In this document: positions 39,494-43,012 of the stretch, one piece after another
Layout: each line of letters begins with the position of its first letter
How positions within the stretch are numbered: position 1 is the stretch's first letter
Assembly: GCA_038222815.1 (NCBI GenBank)
Contig: JBBRHK010000001.1
Coordinates: 1-43,012 of the forward strand
From: Chitinophagales bacterium
GTDB lineage: Bacteria > Bacteroidota > Bacteroidia > Chitinophagales > Chitinophagaceae
Direction of reading: 5' to 3'
Length of the DNA: 43,012 nt
Notes under the pieces: model-generated
What the model was told of the DNA's origin: nothing
Seen by the model: the letters and a program-made list of their open reading frames with translations, nothing else
The model's database searches: none
Made by a program: the position numbers and the translations under genes

Positions 39494-40210
39494 CTAAAAT
39501 CCATACGCTAACCAACTTTTTGCTTTATTATCTATAAAGGCTAATGGTCCTGTGAATGATACCGTTCCTGTTCCCCAACCAACCAATGTAGCCATTCTGG
39601 TTCTGAAATACGTTTTTCTATATATAACGTCTTTACCGTATAAAAACATAGGTGCAAAACAACTGACTTTTTCTTGCCAAGCACCAAACCACATAAAAGC
39701 AGAAATTCCTGGGTAGAGAGTGCTCGGTGTGGTATTAGGCGAACTTTTGTCAAACCAAGTACCAGCGAGTATTCCTTTATTTTGTCCTTCTTGGTAGTTT
39801 GGTATATTGTTAATATAGTTTTCCTCAAATGCAGTATATCGTGCATCAATGACACCTATGCTATCATAAAGGTCAATAGCTCCTATTGATTGTGCATAGC
39901 TTTGAAGGTCATTTTCAATTTCTAGAACCTTTTGAAGATTTAGGCCTAGCTCCGTTCCTTTTTGTAGATAGCTTGCCAAGGAGGAATATGAAAAGAAAAG
40001 AATTTTTTCCTCTGATACTTTTTGGATAATTAAATTCAGTGTGGTATCCTCTAGGCTATATGTGTTTTCTGCTACTTTTGCATTATTAAAATAATACTCA
40101 CATATTGGTGCGGAGAACCGCAAAGAATTAGTTTCAGTGACAATGGTTTTAGTTGGTTCTATGGTTGGTTCTTCTTCAATTCTCCCCTTGCTACAGGATA
40201 CAAGTAACAT
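39494..40210 (-). CDS. Putative lipoprotein; probable true start is ATG 40291, cut off by an in-frame TAA at 40235-40237
   Basis: Lipobox LVS-C only 5 codons after Met 40210. The upstream in-frame reading is MKNVSLKHSSIFRTVEKF*IFQLLVFLMLLVSC. Confidence 0.75.
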   Translation of the reverse strand: MLLVSCSKGRIEEEPTIEPTKTIVTETNSLRFSAPICEYYFNNAKVAENTYSLEDTTLNLIIQKVSEEKILFFSYSSLASYLQKGTELGLNLQKVLEIENDLQSYAQSIGAIDLYDSIGVIDARYTAFEENYINNIPNYQEGQNKGILAGTWFDKSSPNTTPSTLYPGISAFMWFGAWQEKVSCFAPMFLYGKDVIYRKTYFRTRMATLVGWGTGTVSFTGPLAFIDNKAKSWLAYGF

Positions 40211-40220
40211 TAGAAATACT

Positions 40221-40253
40221 AACAGTTGAAAAATTTAAAATTTTTCAACTGTT
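40221..40253. repeat. Perfect 16-bp inverted repeat with a 1-nt centre
   Basis: aacagttgaaaaattt-a-aaatttttcaactgtt. Confidence 0.97.
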
Positions 40254-40342
40254 CTGAAAATACTGGAGTGCTTAAGTGAAACATTTTTCATTGCTTTTGA
40301 TTTTAATTATTTAAAAATTTATTCATTGATTTTTACAATATT

Positions 40343-40350
40343 CAAAATTA
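40343..40350 (-). promoter_or_regulatory. Bacteroidota -7 element for the lipoprotein operon
   Basis: Minus strand TAATTTTG, about 50 nt upstream of ATG 40291, flanked by ttttacaat direct repeats (40331, 40353). Confidence 0.55.
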
Positions 40351-40389
40351 TATTTTACAATTCTTTTTTCAAACAAGCTATATCTTGTT

Positions 40390-40605
40390 TTACTCAAGAA
40401 AGGAAGGATTTTTTATATCAACTAGAAAAGGTAAAGACACACCAATAGCTTTAGCAATTTTTTCTAAAGTGTTAAATGAAGAGTTCCCTGCTTTTCGCTC
40501 TATCTGACCATAAGCCGAAGCTGAGATATTTATCTTAGCCGCTACTTCTATTTGAGTAAAACCATAAGCTTCCCTAATTTCTTTTATTCTATTTGCTAAT
40601 AACAT
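40390..40605 (-). CDS. XRE-family helix-turn-helix regulator
   Basis: RIKEIRE..GFTQIEVA..I.IS.SAYGQIER...LEKIAKAIGV. Confidence 0.92.
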   Translation of the reverse strand: MLLANRIKEIREAYGFTQIEVAAKINISASAYGQIERKAGNSSFNTLEKIAKAIGVSLPFLVDIKNPSFLE

Positions 40606-40782
40606 ATTTGTTACTCTTTTTTCATTTAAATAATGTCCTTTTAAAAAAAGTTAATTTAAGTTGAAGTTATACTAATATTTAAATGACTATACAGATCTGG
40701 CCAACCTAATTTCTTAATAGCTACTTTTTATTCATTAAATTTGCTCCTAGAAACAGACAAAAACTTCACTATTAACATCGGT

Positions 40783-41181
40783 TGTGGAAAACCGTTATTA
40801 TCTGTGGAGAAAATAGGAAAGTTATAAAATGATTTGTGTTCAAATGGGGTATAAGCTCTGGAAGTGGAGCCTACTAAATTACTTAGTGGTAACAAATCTA
40901 AAATTATACCTTCTTCTTCCCCCAGATTTTTTGTCAGGTAGAAAACAATTTTATACTCATTAAGGCTTATACACAATTTTTTTAGAAATGTTATTAGAAT
41001 CGTAGTTTGAAATAGTTTTTAAAGAGACACAGCGGAGGAGCCTATGTTAATTAAAGGTGGATAAGCGTAGAATATCCTAACAACAATCAATTTACAATTA
41101 TGGCAGCAGAATTTCTTTCCACATATTCACAGCCCTAATAGTAATAAGAGATTATATAAATAATAAGTATTAGTATATATT
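40783..41181 (+). other. Probable chromosomal replication origin (oriC)
   Basis: DnaA-box-like 9-mers at 40783, 40803, 40951, 40967 and 41056. Tandem boxes 41115-41131 are followed by GCCC, TAA TAG TAA TAA GAG and an AT-rich tract. Confidence 0.7.
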
Positions 41182-42192
41182 ATGGTAGAAATGCACAATG
41201 AAACAATCCAAAAAATTGTAAACGAAAAAGGGTTCCTTGACATCGAGTTGGATCCGAACTTAGATTTGTTTGCGGAGATTGAAAAATTGAAGAAAGAAAA
41301 AAACGCCATCATCCTTGGGCATTATTACCAGGAACCAGATATACAGGACGTGGCCGATTTTATAGGCGATAGCCTGGCGCTTGCACAAAAGGCAGAAAGC
41401 ACCGATGCAGATATTATTGTTTTTGCTGGTGTTCACTTTATGGCAGAAACAGCGAAGATTTTAAATCCTCATAAAAAAGTGTTGTTGCCAGATTTGAATG
41501 CTGGCTGCTCATTGAGTGATAGTGCGCCGCCAGCATTGTTCAAAATATTCCGTGATAAATATCCTGATCATATCGTGATTACCTACATCAATTGCAGCGC
41601 AGGTATCAAAGCATTGAGCGATATTATTTGCACCAGCAGTAATGCCAAGCAAATTGTAGAATCACTGCCGCCCGACCAGAAGATAATTTTTGCACCTGAT
41701 AAAAATCTGGGTGCATACATCAGCAAAGTTACAGGCAGAGATATGGTGCTTTGGAATGGGGTGTGTATGGTACACGAAATTTTTAGTGCAGAAAAAATTA
41801 CGAAATTAAAAGTCCGTCATCCGCAAGCTAAAGTGATAGCGCACCCAGAGTGTGAGGAGCACGTGCTACGACTGGCAGATTTTATTGGCAGTACTTCTGC
41901 GCTGCTAAAATATTCTCAACAGAACCATGCTACGGAATTTATTGTGGTTACGGAAAGTGGCATCTTGCACCAAATGCAAAAGGATAGTCCGCACAAAACT
42001 TTCATACCTGCGCCGCCTACCAATACTTGTGCTTGCAATGACTGCCCGTATATGAAGCTGAACACATTGGAAAAATTGTACTTGTGTATGAAGTACGAAA
42101 CGCCAGAGATTACGATGAGTGATGAGTTACTGGCTGCTGCAAAAAAACCAATAGAAAAAATGCTAGAAATTAGTGCGAAGTATGGTTTATAA
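41182..42192 (+). CDS. nadA: Quinolinate synthase
   Basis: [44 protein letters not shown]. Confidence 0.98.
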   Translation: MVEMHNETIQKIVNEKGFLDIELDPNLDLFAEIEKLKKEKNAIILGHYYQEPDIQDVADFIGDSLALAQKAESTDADIIVFAGVHFMAETAKILNPHKKVLLPDLNAGCSLSDSAPPALFKIFRDKYPDHIVITYINCSAGIKALSDIICTSSNAKQIVESLPPDQKIIFAPDKNLGAYISKVTGRDMVLWNGVCMVHEIFSAEKITKLKVRHPQAKVIAHPECEEHVLRLADFIGSTSALLKYSQQNHATEFIVVTESGILHQMQKDSPHKTFIPAPPTNTCACNDCPYMKLNTLEKLYLCMKYETPEITMSDELLAAAKKPIEKMLEISAKYGL

Positions 42193-42229
42193 TTTTGTAA
42201 ATTTGTAAGGATTAACAGTCGAATATTTT

Positions 42230-43012
42230 ATGTCAATACCTACGGTAGATTTAGCAGATTTTTTAAGTGGAGATTTGCAGCGCAAACAGAACTTTGTGCA
42301 AGCTATTGGCGAAGCGTATGAGACAGTTGGATTTGTAGGCGTGAAAAATCACGGTTTATCAGATGAACTAATTGAAGCTTTGTACAACGAAGTGCAACAG
42401 TTTTTTTCTTTACCACTTACTCAGAAAAAGCAATACGAAATTCCTGAACTTGCAGGTCAGCGTGGTTATACCAGTTTTGGTACTGAGCACGCCAAGGGTA
42501 GTGATGCGCCAGACTTAAAAGAATTTTACCAGTACGGACAAGTTCCTAGAGATAATTATAAAGAGGAGGAATATCCAGCAAACGTAGCAGTTGATGAGGT
42601 TTCAGGCTTTAACCAGACTTTTGAATCGGCTTACAGAACATTTGAAAAAAGTGGAAAATCTATTCTTCAAGCCATTGCTATTTACCTCGGTTTAGATGAA
42701 TTTTATTTTGATGAGTATGTGCATAATGGGAATTCAATTTTAAGATCTATTCATTATCCACCGATTTTAGATGAGCCGAAATCTGCTATCAGAGCGGAGC
42801 AGCACGAGGATATAAATCTAATTACTTTACTCATTGGTGCTTCTGCAGATGGATTAGAAATACAAACTAAACAAGGTGAATGGGTGGCAGTAACTTCTCT
42901 ACCAGAGCAGATTGTAGTCAATGTTGGCGATATGCTTCAACGTCTTACTAATAATAAATTAAGGAGCACTACGCATAGAGTTGTGAATCCAAAAAGAGAA
43001 TTCTGGCATACG
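42230..43012 (+). CDS. Isopenicillin N synthase-like 2OG-Fe(II) oxygenase, 3'-truncated by the window edge
   Basis: Not in the ORF track because it has no stop. Translated by hand: MSIPTVDLADF...GFVGVKNHG...QRGY...HEDINLITLL...NVGDML...STTHRV. Confidence 0.93.
   Translation, partial: MSIPTVDLADFLSGDLQRKQNFVQAIGEAYETVGFVGVKNHGLSDELIEALYNEVQQFFSLPLTQKKQYEIPELAGQRGYTSFGTEHAKGSDAPDLKEFYQYGQVPRDNYKEEEYPANVAVDEVSGFNQTFESAYRTFEKSGKSILQAIAIYLGLDEFYFDEYVHNGNSILRSIHYPPILDEPKSAIRAEQHEDINLITLLIGASADGLEIQTKQGEWVAVTSLPEQIVVNVGDMLQRLTNNKLRSTTHRVVNPKREFWHT

Noticed and set aside
40728-40976. 82-aa minus-strand ORF
   Set aside because: No family motif, and it overlaps the DnaA-box cluster, so it is likely spurious.

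Overview
AT-rich Bacteroidota chromosomal window, probably Chitinophagaceae-like (inferred from porX, TAnnTTTG promoters and gene families). Housekeeping genes are porX, an HD hydrolase, lpxD, an acyl-CoA dehydrogenase, an LTA-synthase/dgkA pair, terC, two msrA-type genes, nnrD, an amidase, nadA and a 2OG-Fe(II) oxygenase. They are interleaved with accessory modules for secreted or surface proteins. Main observations: (1) An 11.5-kb module (1257-12792) has a sensor kinase, a NarL-type regulator and eight mostly uncharacterised exported proteins. The same 18-bp box lies exactly 29 nt from the -7-like element of three of its promoters. (2) The last 432 bp of porX is duplicated 2.5 kb downstream as a diverged allele that brackets a fibre-like cargo gene. 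(3) A lipoprotein gene has a perfect 16-1-16 palindrome in its signal-peptide region. The single central base makes a TAA stop, and the inverted orientation would read AAA and restore a full signal peptide. (4) A probable oriC lies upstream of nadA (DnaA boxes plus tandem box/GCCC/DnaA-trio/AT-rich unit). (5) A REP-rich intergenic region has a structured ~110-bp insert in one of two adjacent direct repeats. No rRNA, tRNA, CRISPR array, integrase or transposase was recognised. All family calls come from motif recognition by eye, and no searches were run.
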